IMG/VR virus record: IMGVR_UViG_3300025018_000174
Coordinates: 1-58,277 of that record
DNA length: 58,277 nucleotides
Reading direction: 5' to 3' (one strand)
Source of the DNA: a virus
Taxonomy: Duplodnaviria > Caudoviricetes
The translations under genes were made by a program, and so were the position numbers. The notes below the pieces were generated by a model that was given only the letters and a program-made list of their open reading frames with translations, had not been told where the DNA came from and searched no databases. Within the stretch, counting starts at the first letter, position 1. Each line of letters begins with the position of its first letter. Of the stretch, positions 38,101 through 46,189 are shown piece after piece.

Positions 38101-38838
38101 GGCGTCTTGTGCGACCCGACCAAAGAAACTCGTCTCGTCTGCCAGCGGGCGCATCTGGTAGGGTCCTTGACCCATGAAACTGCCGCCGGGAAGGTTCGGG
38201 CCATAGAGGCTGGACGTCGGTCCGGCTTGACGGAGCTGGATTTGCCCCATCTTGGCCAGCACTTCAGACAGCTCACGATTGGCCCGTTCGAACTGGTAGT
38301 TGGCACTCCACGGGGTTTGATCCCGCATGTTGGCCTGAACGGTGTTGAGGTTCGTGATGGCACGACCCAGCTCAGTGTTGGCCTCAAGGATCGGGCCACG
38401 CGGCCAAGCGGAAACAGGTCCACGGACAAGCATCCGGGACCGAACCTGCTCCAGACCTTCATTGAAGCGCGCCAGCTCAGCGTTGGCGTCACGAATGCCG
38501 ATGCGCGGGAACCAAGGCGACGAAGGGCCAGAAGCCATGGAGGACCGGACTTCACCGATCTTGGCCAGCACTTGGCTCAGCTCGCGTTGGGCTTGCTGCG
38601 ATTGGGCAACCGGCGCCCACGGGGTCGAAGGACCCACACGCATGGCGTCACGGATATTGTTGATCTGGTTCACCAGATTGCCAAGTTGGGCAGTCGGCCG
38701 CAGGTCAGTCAGGGATGAGCGAAGCTGGTCCGTGGCCGAACCGGCACGGGACGAGGCACCTGCCAGGTCCTCCAGGTTACGCTTGACGGTCCGAGACCCA
38801 CGCTCGGAGACGACAATATCAATCCGTTCCGTAGTCAT
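35194..38838 (-). CDS. Tape measure protein
   Basis: 1214 aa, helical; QLSQA....RAEEFNSILE tape-measure motif; synteny. Confidence 0.92.
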   Translation of the reverse strand: MTTERIDIVVSERGSRTVKRNLEDLAGASSRAGSATDQLRSSLTDLRPTAQLGNLVNQINNIRDAMRVGPSTPWAPVAQSQQAQRELSQVLAKIGEVRSSMASGPSSPWFPRIGIRDANAELARFNEGLEQVRSRMLVRGPVSAWPRGPILEANTELGRAITNLNTVQANMRDQTPWSANYQFERANRELSEVLAKMGQIQLRQAGPTSSLYGPNLPGGSFMGQGPYQMRPLADETSFFGRVAQDAAGGAQQLAEQLPRAGDAARGTQRQVLLLNRALGVLTTAYFGNATIQTLAEWSDAATTMANRVMLVSDNSAEAASAMASLHEIARRTRSPVEGLVDIYQKASMASTELGASQEDILNFVETVGMALAIQGSSANTARGALIQLSQAIGTDVVRAEEFNSILEGAYPLALLAAQGIDEAGGSVARLRRLVIDGKVSSQDFFRAVIEGQAKAEEMFSKTTPTITQAITIFRNNILEYIGTSETAKGITEAIANAIILVADNIEPLADLVLALGEAWVIGFALSKIANIATAATNVGLLAGAFNGLKLAMGFFGGPVVGAVALAIGGLLYLYQNAETAADRVKALDGAMTDSLDALEQYAQHVATAKKEQEELGGVVNLTTERLLQQSRAQLQDALRNLQTEIANTEGFLDGDGIFNISKMKKSLDTLYFSGANPFYGNEEIENLYRMLEAINNGTGDIDAFVAALNRVRGAGQEVDSVVNDLNFAMGQLRANPGEQAGLWFSQAREQIVELATAIGGYEEIVNRVNNADSFADQKQALEELAAAMKETQTAGAIVTGGGILGDDQLFSDLADLLTKLSDAREQERLLREALGANATSLQSLVEQSRNLVAPMSESATFTGEMGAELRGISFNPAVDGARNLADQLVRGAAAMQIIQDGSGNINVPSVTPQVITASYGNTGPVTRSNTGGLGLMELNSGGSFTVGGTGGVDQNLVAFWASRGENVLVSNDNNAPGGSLMNAYDRAGQSEEYLRVIRSINSELETQYQQLTLNTQAAQAEQIVADATAEAHREGIILSQQDIALIRQRAEALIEMETKLELIQDVSNAVFSNLSSSLDSFVRTGKFSFSELAVSIIADMAKIGMQTFLLGPLQNWFQGLLGGFMGVGGAGLPAHNEGADFVVGGRGGVDQNVVAFKASRGERVTVTPAGKDGGSGQMTNNFYITTPDVQGFRQSEAQIAARMQRALGRGQRNM

Positions 38839-39278
38839 GGCCGATCATTCCCAAAGATTTTGATGCGCCGGACTTCATGCCGAGCTACCGCGAGGGCTCG
38901 CTTCACCAGGCCAGGAGGGGCTTGGCGCGAGTGACCTTTGTCCAGCTCATCAATGTAGTCAAGAGGGTTGGAAACGTAGAGGTCAGCACCAGTCGGGGCA
39001 GCATCCACAGCGGAGTAGGCCGCGGCAATGGCTGCCGCGGCGTTCTGACCTTCACCAATGCCAAGCTTAGAGCCTGGAGCATAGGCTCCTCGCGGAGTTG
39101 CTCCGGGCATTGTTCCCACTTGCCAGTTCGACCGGGCTGTGCCGACGTCCACAGGGGTTCCGAGGATCAGCTCCCGCGCCAGGGCTTTGGTGGCCTTACG
39201 TTGGGTAGCTTGGGGATGGCGACCAACCTGGGCCGCATAGACCGTCAGGGTCCTGCCCAAGCTGTGAAAGTCCGCCAT
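38835..39278 (-). CDS. HK97 gp10-like tail completion protein
   Basis: TPVDVG.ARSNW, NPLDYI..L..GHS.QAP.G motifs. Confidence 0.8.
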   Translation of the reverse strand: MADFHSLGRTLTVYAAQVGRHPQATQRKATKALARELILGTPVDVGTARSNWQVGTMPGATPRGAYAPGSKLGIGEGQNAAAAIAAAYSAVDAAPTGADLYVSNPLDYIDELDKGHSRQAPPGLVKRALAVARHEVRRIKIFGNDRP

Positions 39279-39611
39279 CTAGTTCCCTTTCTCCGTTTTC
39301 TTCCTCGTGTATTCCAGCAACGCGTTGTCCAAGTTGCGAACGTGGTAGAACAGGTCGTCAGCCAGTTCGCCATCTATCTCCTCATCCCGACAGTAGGCAC
39401 GAATGGCCGTCCCAGGGATGGGCCCTTCAGTTCGCTCTGAGGAAAGCTCCTGAAAGGCCTGATAGAACATTCCTAGTCCCAACGGGATTTCGGGGGCGTT
39501 CTGGATCGGCTCGGGCAAGGGGTTCCTTGCCCTCAAAGCCAGCTTGATGATCTGCTCCTCCATGGGTCCCTGCTCCAAGAAGTAGAGCAGGACGTCCTTC
39601 AGGCGTTTCCC
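39279..39611 (-). CDS. Tail assembly chaperone, -1 frameshift extension (gpGT-like)
   Basis: Open -1 frame continuing from the slippery heptamer. Confidence 0.7.
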   Translation of the reverse strand, partial: GKRLKDVLLYFLEQGPMEEQIIKLALRARNPLPEPIQNAPEIPLGLGMFYQAFQELSSERTEGPIPGTAIRAYCRDEEIDGELADDLFYHVRNLDNALLEYTRKKTEKGN

Positions 39612-40078
39612 TCTTCTTCCCGACGCGTCTGCAGGAACAGGGACTCCTTGCGAGCCATCGCGTTCAGGTCATTGTAGAGGTTCTGCACTTCGGGGTGCTG
39701 GAAGACGCGCAGCACGTTTTCGGCGTTGAAGGGCAGCACGTCGCCGGTGTCCGGGTCCTCGATGCCCTGGGACCAGGTTTCCGCACCGGTCTTTTCATCG
39801 ACCTCGCGAAGTTCCCAGTTCAGCACCACGGCCTTGGCCAGCGCTTCCTTCATGATCTTCTCGGACACCGCGTCCGGCAGGGTTTCGAGCTGGATGGCCC
39901 GGCGATACGGCTTCGTCAGGCTCTCAAGCAGGCGATTGTAGGCCTTGTTGGACCCACCGGCGCGGGCGATGGTCACCCGGAATTCGCCATAGTCGATCAC
40001 CTTGCCTTCGACTTCCGCCGCGGTATCGGAACGGAAGGAGCCATACGAGCTCTTCCGGGTCTTGCTGGGTTTCGTCAT
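39599..40078 (-). CDS. Tail assembly chaperone (gpG-like)
   Basis: IARAGGSNK motif; lies between tail tube and tape measure; GAGGAG RBS. Confidence 0.8.
   Translation of the reverse strand: MTKPSKTRKSSYGSFRSDTAAEVEGKVIDYGEFRVTIARAGGSNKAYNRLLESLTKPYRRAIQLETLPDAVSEKIMKEALAKAVVLNWELREVDEKTGAETWSQGIEDPDTGDVLPFNAENVLRVFQHPEVQNLYNDLNAMARKESLFLQTRREEEGNA
39605..39611 (-). other. Programmed -1 ribosomal frameshift heptamer G GGA AAC
   Basis: XXXYYYZ just before the chaperone stop codon. Confidence 0.75.
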
Positions 40079-40141
40079 GCTTGTTGCTCCTCAAGCAGTG
40101 TGATGGGCCGCTTTAACCCGCGGCCCTAGGGCTTTCCTGCT

Positions 40142-41656
40142 TTACGCCGCAGCGACGTTGGGCAGGTAATCGAAGAAGGACATCAGGATGGTGTGCCCCA
40201 GGTTGGAGTTCACATCACCGGCATCCGCAGCCTCGAGAGACAGAGGCAGGGTAATCGGGGTGTTCAGCTCCACGTTCAGGCGCCCATCACCGAGGCTGAC
40301 CAGCGGAACGTCGATGGCGAACCCCGAGTTGTCCTTGACGGCAACGATGTCAAAGGTCACATCGGAGTTGTTCCGCAGAGCATCGATGGCCGTCACGTCC
40401 TGAAAGTAGGCCGTCACGTTCCCGCCGACTTCGAACGTCCCCGCAGTCATTTCGAAGGCGCCGAGGGTGCCGATTGCCTTCGCGGCCGAAAGGTTGTTGT
40501 TGATCGTGAGCCGGATTTCCGTCGTATAGCCAAAGAGCGCCACCGGAGCGACGGCGGTTTGGCTGACAAGAGCCATCTTGATGCGAGCGAAGTGGGACGA
40601 GGTGTTGAAGGCCTTGCCCGAGACCAGAGCGGGACGCGTGCCGGCTTTCACACCGGTGACACCCGTGCGGGTTTCGTAGTTGATGGCCATGAACCCCATG
40701 TCCATGTTCACCTTGTCCGCGGTGTCGATCACCATGGTCAACTCGTTGGGCACGGCGCCGACCAAGTATTCCGACTGGATTTGGGTGGGTTGCGCATCGT
40801 CGGGCGCACCCAGGGTCCGTTCCAGCTGGTAGGACGTGCGGACAATGTTCGAGCCATCCAAGTTCTTCAGCACCCGACCGAAGAAGACCTGAATGGTCTT
40901 GCCCGAGCCAGTGTCGGTCACCAGGGTTTGCTCGGCCTTGTCGAGGGTGACCGCCGTGGCCGTCACGCTCCGCACCCGGGCAAAGCCCAGGTTGGCCGCG
41001 TTGGCAAACTGAGTGATGGTCGCGTCGCCACCGATGTGGATGAATTCACCCGGCACCAGGCCGAGCTGGGTCAGGTTCTTGGCAGTGGCGCCCAGAGTGG
41101 CCAGAGTGCCGGAAGCCGTGATCGTGGCGTCAGCCGAAGCAAACTGGTGGCCCACACGCACGATCGAAGCACCAGCCGGCGGCGAGGCTTCAGCGGTCAG
41201 ACCCGCGCAGACCACGGTGGTGCCGGTGACGGACGTCACGACCTTCAGACCGTTGTTGCCAGCAATCCCGAAGCCGGAAGCCCAGATCAGATCGTTCGCC
41301 AGGATGCCCGTCGAGGAAGCCACCGTGTAGTGGGTGCCAGACGTGACCGCCGACGGGAACAGCTTGGCCTTCTCCGAGAAGGGCGCAAACATGAAGCCCG
41401 GCATCAAGTCCTGGATGTTGGTCTGGGTCATGTCGATGTTGAACCCGCCGGCCGCATCCAGATCGGTCAGCACGCCTTTGAACCGCGAGCGCTTGGTGTT
41501 GATCGGAGCCCGCGCCACCTTGGTGAAGCTGCCGCCGAAGTCATTGTAGGAGTTCGGGTCCAGCGGCACCCAGGTGGTGCCGGCGGTCCCCAGAGCGGTT
41601 TCGACGCAGTAACGGAGCCCCGTCACATTGCTGTCGATCTTCTTGACCTGAGCCAT
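40142..41656 (-). CDS. Major tail tube protein
   Basis: Synteny; Thr/Ala/Gly-rich; INNNL and G.VTAYF motifs. Confidence 0.8.
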   Translation of the reverse strand: MAQVKKIDSNVTGLRYCVETALGTAGTTWVPLDPNSYNDFGGSFTKVARAPINTKRSRFKGVLTDLDAAGGFNIDMTQTNIQDLMPGFMFAPFSEKAKLFPSAVTSGTHYTVASSTGILANDLIWASGFGIAGNNGLKVVTSVTGTTVVCAGLTAEASPPAGASIVRVGHQFASADATITASGTLATLGATAKNLTQLGLVPGEFIHIGGDATITQFANAANLGFARVRSVTATAVTLDKAEQTLVTDTGSGKTIQVFFGRVLKNLDGSNIVRTSYQLERTLGAPDDAQPTQIQSEYLVGAVPNELTMVIDTADKVNMDMGFMAINYETRTGVTGVKAGTRPALVSGKAFNTSSHFARIKMALVSQTAVAPVALFGYTTEIRLTINNNLSAAKAIGTLGAFEMTAGTFEVGGNVTAYFQDVTAIDALRNNSDVTFDIVAVKDNSGFAIDVPLVSLGDGRLNVELNTPITLPLSLEAADAGDVNSNLGHTILMSFFDYLPNVAAA

Positions 41657-41667
41657 GAGAGGCCTCC

Positions 41668-42093
41668 TTATTTGAGTTGGTCGTATTCAAAGTCCGCGGT
41701 GACAGTCGTCTTCTGGAAGGCCCCGGACTTGCCGTTCTCAGAAGCTCGCACCGCCCTGAATATGACCCCACCGCTGGTGGTTTCGCCTTCAAGGGCGTTC
41801 GTGACGATTATAGCCAGTTGATCGGCCGACGTAAACCCGTCACCTTCAGGGGTGTGGATTTCGACCTCCAAGTAGCCGTAACGACGGAACGTGCGAGCGC
41901 CCCGCCCACCAAGCGTAGCTTGGTCGCCTGCAATATGAACAACGGACACAAAAGCCCAGGCCTTCTTGGTTTTCGGCGGGTTCTTGGAGTCGTCGTCCGC
42001 ATAGATGATGTCAAAGTTGGCATCATGGGTTTTCAGAGCCGTGGTGACAGCTCCGATCATTTCATCACGTGCCTGAGTGCGGGTAAGGGACAT
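41668..42093 (-). CDS. Tail terminator-like protein
   Basis: Synteny; TLGG...FRR.G...VEI.TP...G motif. Confidence 0.7.
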   Translation of the reverse strand: MSLTRTQARDEMIGAVTTALKTHDANFDIIYADDDSKNPPKTKKAWAFVSVVHIAGDQATLGGRGARTFRRYGYLEVEIHTPEGDGFTSADQLAIIVTNALEGETTSGGVIFRAVRASENGKSGAFQKTTVTADFEYDQLK

Positions 42094-42094
42094 G

Positions 42095-42484
42095 TTACCT
42101 CCTCACCAGCACTTGATAGAGCACTCGAGTGGCCCCGGGCTGGATGATTTCCACATCATCAATGCTCCAGACGTGCCCCGCGTTGTCATCGATGGACGTG
42201 GCTTGCGTCAGGTCCACCGTGGCAAACTGGCTGTCACCCTGCAGATCGTTTTCCGCGATCAAGAAGCGGGAATTGCCGCGCCGGAAGTTGACGTCCGGGG
42301 CTTCCTCTTCAGTGTAGGGATATTGAACGGCTTTCACGCTGGCCGTTGCTGTGCCGGTTGAGCCACGCCAGGGCTTGGCCCCGTCCCTCAAAGGCGTCGG
42401 GGACCGCATGGTGATAGTCACCAGGGCCCCGTGCTTGTCGATCAGCTTGGCCGCAAGGACCTGCATCCGTTCTGCAAGTGCCAT
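42095..42484 (-). CDS. Head closure/stopper-like protein
   Basis: Synteny and size. Confidence 0.6.
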   Translation of the reverse strand: MALAERMQVLAAKLIDKHGALVTITMRSPTPLRDGAKPWRGSTGTATASVKAVQYPYTEEEAPDVNFRRGNSRFLIAENDLQGDSQFATVDLTQATSIDDNAGHVWSIDDVEIIQPGATRVLYQVLVRR

Positions 42485-42485
42485 A

Positions 42486-43064
42486 TCATGCCCTCATGAC
42501 CGTGCCACGGGCACGAAGGAACGGGCTGACAAGCAGATCAGCGTCGGGATACTGGACGAACTTGTTCGCGTCGACCAATGCAGAGCCCGATCCGACCTTG
42601 GAGGCGTTGGCCCCGGAGGTTGCAAAGTAGACCTCTTCCGTGAGCGGACCGACCTTCTCGAGCTTGCGCTGGACAGGACCCGTGCCAACCAGGGACCCGT
42701 CAGCCACCGGATAAACCACCGGAGGGATCAGCGGATTGGAGCGCGAGGCCAGGGCATACTCCGCGCAGGCACGGGCGATGGAGGTCGGCAAGCCAGTGAT
42801 GGCTTCACCCGTCTCGTCATAAAGGCCCGTGCGCGGGAATGCAAGAGCTTGGGCGGACGAAGCACGCGAGCCCTTGTAGCGGGTCCCGAAGCGCTTCTCC
42901 ATGTAGCGGGTGGCTTGCACCAGCGCCGCTTCTTTTTCCGAGTTGGAGGCCGAGGCCCAAAGGGCAGGCATCGTGACTTCGGTCCAGTAGGCATCAGCTC
43001 CCGCCACCGAAATGAAGGAGTTTGCGTTTGCCAGTCCGGTTCCGTCTTCCACGATGATTGCCAT
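42486..43064 (-). CDS. Head-tail adaptor (DnaT-like family)
   Basis: IVEDGTG.ANANS...ADAY, QALAFPR and EKVGPL motifs. Confidence 0.8.
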   Translation of the reverse strand: MAIIVEDGTGLANANSFISVAGADAYWTEVTMPALWASASNSEKEAALVQATRYMEKRFGTRYKGSRASSAQALAFPRTGLYDETGEAITGLPTSIARACAEYALASRSNPLIPPVVYPVADGSLVGTGPVQRKLEKVGPLTEEVYFATSGANASKVGSGSALVDANKFVQYPDADLLVSPFLRARGTVMRA

Positions 43065-43807
43065 AACGGCCTCTTATGCTTGGCGAGCAATCCGCCGTTT
43101 GCGGGTGTGGAAGAGCGCGGCTTGGAGCCGCGCCCTCATGGCCTTGCGGGCAAAACCGGCTGCCCGTCTCATTGGGCGATACCACGCGGGCGCCGACGAG
43201 CGGTCAGGGACATATCCAGCGGCGACTTGGTGAGGACAGCAGAGGCCCCACGGGCTTCAGCCCGCTTTTCCAGTTCGCGGCGCTGATACGCCTGGATGGC
43301 TTCGACGGCCGACATGGGCGGGAATTCCTGCTGGCGCGAGCCCTTGTAGCGGGTCCCGAAGCGCTTCTCCATGTAGCGGGTGGCTTGCACCAGCGCCGCT
43401 TCTTTTTCCGAGTTGGAGGCCGAGGCCCAAAGGGCAGGCGTCGTGACTTCGGTCCAGTAGGCATCAGCTCCCGCCACCGAAATGAAGGAGTTTGCGTTTG
43501 CCAGTCCGGTTCCGTCTTCCATGATGATTGCCATAACGGCCTCTTATGCTTGGCGAGCAATCCGCCGTTTGTGGGTGTGGAAGAGCGCGGCTTGGAGCCG
43601 CGCCCTCATGGCCTTGCGGGCAAAACCGGCTGCCCGTCTCATTGGGCGATACCACGCGGGCGCCGACGAGCGGTCAGGGACATATCCAGCGGCGACTTGG
43701 TGAGGACAGCAGAGGCCCCACGGGCTTCAGCCCGCTTTTCCAGTTCGCGGCGCTGATACGCCTGGATGGCTTCGGCGGCCGACATGGGCGGGAATTCCTG
43801 CTGGCGC
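42865..43807. repeat. 470-bp tandem duplication (42865-43337 and 43335-43807)
   Basis: Four mismatches seen, all transitions; 3-bp cgc junction overlap. Confidence 0.95.
43169..43534 (-). CDS. Chimeric ORF made by the duplication (adaptor N-terminus plus C-terminus of the upstream protein)
   Basis: MAIIMEDGTG...YKGSR joined in frame to QQEFPPMS...GIAQ. Confidence 0.6.
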   Translation of the reverse strand: MAIIMEDGTGLANANSFISVAGADAYWTEVTTPALWASASNSEKEAALVQATRYMEKRFGTRYKGSRQQEFPPMSAVEAIQAYQRRELEKRAEARGASAVLTKSPLDMSLTARRRPRGIAQ

Positions 43808-44304
43808 ATGTCACGCAGGCGGGTCACACGCTCTTCCAGGCCTTCACGGTAGGCACGAGCCTTGGCCATGTTGGCATCGAAGTCGATGATCTCGTTTTCC
43901 AGCTGTTCGATCTTGGCGTCCAGCGCAGCCTTGCGCTCGTCCGGATCGGTCTCGGCGGCTTCGAAGTCATTGCCTTCATCGGTCACCGACGCATTGCCTT
44001 TGGGCGGCTGCACCGAGCCGGGGGACAGCGGATCGACCGAGGCAGCACCGTCACCGAGCGGATCGTCTTCATCGTCCGTGGGGCCAGCGGTCTCTTCGTC
44101 GCGGGCCTCGTCGACCACAGACTGAGCCACCCCGCGGGTGAACTCCGGCGCGGCGTTGGTGATGTCTTTGCGGGACACAGCCGAGCCCACCATGGCTTCG
44201 ACGGCGTCGAGGCGGGGCAGACCGTCGGTGGTCCAGTGTTCATCATTGGCCGGGTCCAGCTTTGCCAGAGCCGCCTTGATGTCGTCAGCGGAAACTTTTG
44301 CCAT
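43639..44304 (-). CDS. Hypothetical head-region protein, acidic/coiled-coil
   Basis: LDPANDEHWT.DGLP motif; GAGGAG RBS. Confidence 0.8.
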   Translation of the reverse strand: MAKVSADDIKAALAKLDPANDEHWTTDGLPRLDAVEAMVGSAVSRKDITNAAPEFTRGVAQSVVDEARDEETAGPTDDEDDPLGDGAASVDPLSPGSVQPPKGNASVTDEGNDFEAAETDPDERKAALDAKIEQLENEIIDFDANMAKARAYREGLEERVTRLRDMRQQEFPPMSAAEAIQAYQRRELEKRAEARGASAVLTKSPLDMSLTARRRPRGIAQ

Positions 44305-44358
44305 TTCTTTGCTCCTCAGAACGGGGGTTAAGGGCCGCGGTTAAGCGGCCCTTCCAGA

Positions 44359-44880
44359 TCAGTCGTCGCCCAGCATCACGTAGGCGATGTCCAGCGTGCC
44401 CTCGACAGTGAGGGTCACGGAGGTTGCATCGGTGATGTTGGCCGCATCCATCAGAACGTTGAGGTTCATGTTCAGGGTGCGAGCCGTGTTGTCCAGCACC
44501 ACTTGCGTGGCGCCCGAACCGCGGGCAAACGGCGTGACCCGCGCAACTGCCGGGCCCAGCGCCGTCGAGGCCACCAGGTTCACTTCAGTGCCCGACAGCG
44601 TGCCATCAGCGTCAACCGTGGAGCCAATGGCATAGTCGCCATTGAAGGCCGCAATGGCGTTCGTGGCGTTGGCGCCCAGAGCCGAGAAGCGCAGGTTGGA
44701 CACAGCGCCCAAGAACAGGACGTTGCCTTCGGGGAAGGCTTGCAGCGCCACGTTCCCGAAGCCGACGCCAGCAGCAGCGGCAGTGACGGTGACCGCGGTA
44801 TTGACCCGCACGGTCTGGTTGATGATCGGCTTCTTCAGGGCACGGCCCCGAGAGAGCGATCGCGGAAGTCCTTTCGGCAT
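44359..44880 (-). CDS. Putative capsid decoration or virion protein
   Basis: Directly downstream of the major capsid gene; Ala/Thr/Val-rich; GGAGG RBS. Confidence 0.65.
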   Translation of the reverse strand: MPKGLPRSLSRGRALKKPIINQTVRVNTAVTVTAAAAGVGFGNVALQAFPEGNVLFLGAVSNLRFSALGANATNAIAAFNGDYAIGSTVDADGTLSGTEVNLVASTALGPAVARVTPFARGSGATQVVLDNTARTLNMNLNVLMDAANITDATSVTLTVEGTLDIAYVMLGDD

Positions 44881-44944
44881 GGCTGTATCCTCCTTCAGGA
44901 AGCCAGTTGAGAGTAAGGGCCGCGGTTAAGCGGCCCCACCAGGA

Positions 44945-45994
44945 TCAGTTCTCGCGGGTGATGAGACGCGCAATCTTGATCTGCTTCCGTTCGGAGAACC
45001 GGCGCTGCCACGAGGCGGCATGGGCCAGGTTGTTGGTCGTGGACGCCACCGTCGGGCCGCCGTTGGGCGGGGTGCCGGCGTAGGCGTGGCCGACCGGATG
45101 CAGGACCCACTCGACGCGGTCGTAGAGGGTTTCCATGCCGCCGCCGTTGCCCTTGTCCGGATCGCGCTTGGTTTCCGTCGGGACGTCGGGCGAACCCACG
45201 CCGTAACGGACAGCACCGGCGCCCAGCAGCCAGGTGTGGTAGATGCCGGCCGAGGTCTGGGCGGCACCGACACCCGCGGGGTTCGGCATGCTGTCATCCA
45301 CGATCACGCGACGGCCCAGGAAGAACGGGATTTCCGTCTTGCCGTCGGCATCGGGGATGAAGTCGATCAGGTTGTTCTTCTGGGCGCGGGCATAGACGAT
45401 GGAGTGCATCATCACCGCGGTGACGGTTTCCGCGCTGTCGCCCAGGGTCACAGCCGTGTCGATGAACGCCTCGGCGGAGAAGTCGGTCACACCGGCCGAG
45501 TAGCTGGCGCCCGAGATGTCGTTCGACAGGTCGTTCTGCACGTGTTCCGAGGCCGACGGGGCGGCGGCGTTGTCGGCGAAGACACCCTGCATGGTGGCGA
45601 TGAAGTTCGCCTGCAGACGGCGGGTCCAGTAGTAGCCCACGCGGTTGGCGATGGCTTCCATCGGCTTCGCGCCGGCGAGAGCCGAGGCCAGGTCCATGGC
45701 GCTCCAGGACTGGTTGCGCGACAGACGAACGGAGATTTCCGTCGCGGTCCCGATTTTCTTCGGGGTCGAGCTGGTGCCATCATCGTCGGACGACGCGTTC
45801 TCTTCGTCGTTGTCCAGGTCTTTCCAGCTCGGCGTGTTGAAGGTCAAACCGCCGCCGGCCAGCATGGTGTCAAGCGCGGGATCGCGGGCCACAACGCCGG
45901 ACTGGATCAGCGCCGACTTCTGTTCCGTGATCTGCTGCTTGTAGGGGGTGAAGATTTGCGGAACAACGACGTCCGCGATTTTGGTGACGGCCAT
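44945..45994 (-). CDS. Major capsid protein
   Basis: TKIADVVVP.IF, SALIQSG, MHS.VY and LGRRVIVDD motifs; AGGAGG RBS; synteny. Confidence 0.9.
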   Translation of the reverse strand: MAVTKIADVVVPQIFTPYKQQITEQKSALIQSGVVARDPALDTMLAGGGLTFNTPSWKDLDNDEENASSDDDGTSSTPKKIGTATEISVRLSRNQSWSAMDLASALAGAKPMEAIANRVGYYWTRRLQANFIATMQGVFADNAAAPSASEHVQNDLSNDISGASYSAGVTDFSAEAFIDTAVTLGDSAETVTAVMMHSIVYARAQKNNLIDFIPDADGKTEIPFFLGRRVIVDDSMPNPAGVGAAQTSAGIYHTWLLGAGAVRYGVGSPDVPTETKRDPDKGNGGGMETLYDRVEWVLHPVGHAYAGTPPNGGPTVASTTNNLAHAASWQRRFSERKQIKIARLITREN

Positions 45995-46152
45995 GGGGTA
46001 AGCCTCCTGTGAATAGCATGGCTCTAAACGGGAAAGCCCTCGAGAGGACCTGCACCAGAGCCAAGCCCCATGGCTAGCCCGGGTAAGGGCGCCTTAGCAC
46101 CCAGACCCCGATGGCGCGAACCCATGCCCGCGCCACCAGTTGTCTATAATGG

Positions 46153-46186
46153 ACTATGACACGTGATGGCCTAGTCCGTAAGCCAG
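46153..46186 (-). promoter_or_regulatory. Candidate late promoter of the capsid gene
   Basis: CTGG-CTTACG-N18-CATAGT; same layout as the element upstream of terS. Confidence 0.45.
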
Positions 46187-46189
46187 TGT

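Noticed and set aside
42865-43807. Duplicated segment as a diversity-generating retroelement TR/VR pair
   Set aside because: No reverse transcriptase gene; the copies are tandem, differ at only four sites and do not lie in a receptor-binding C-terminus
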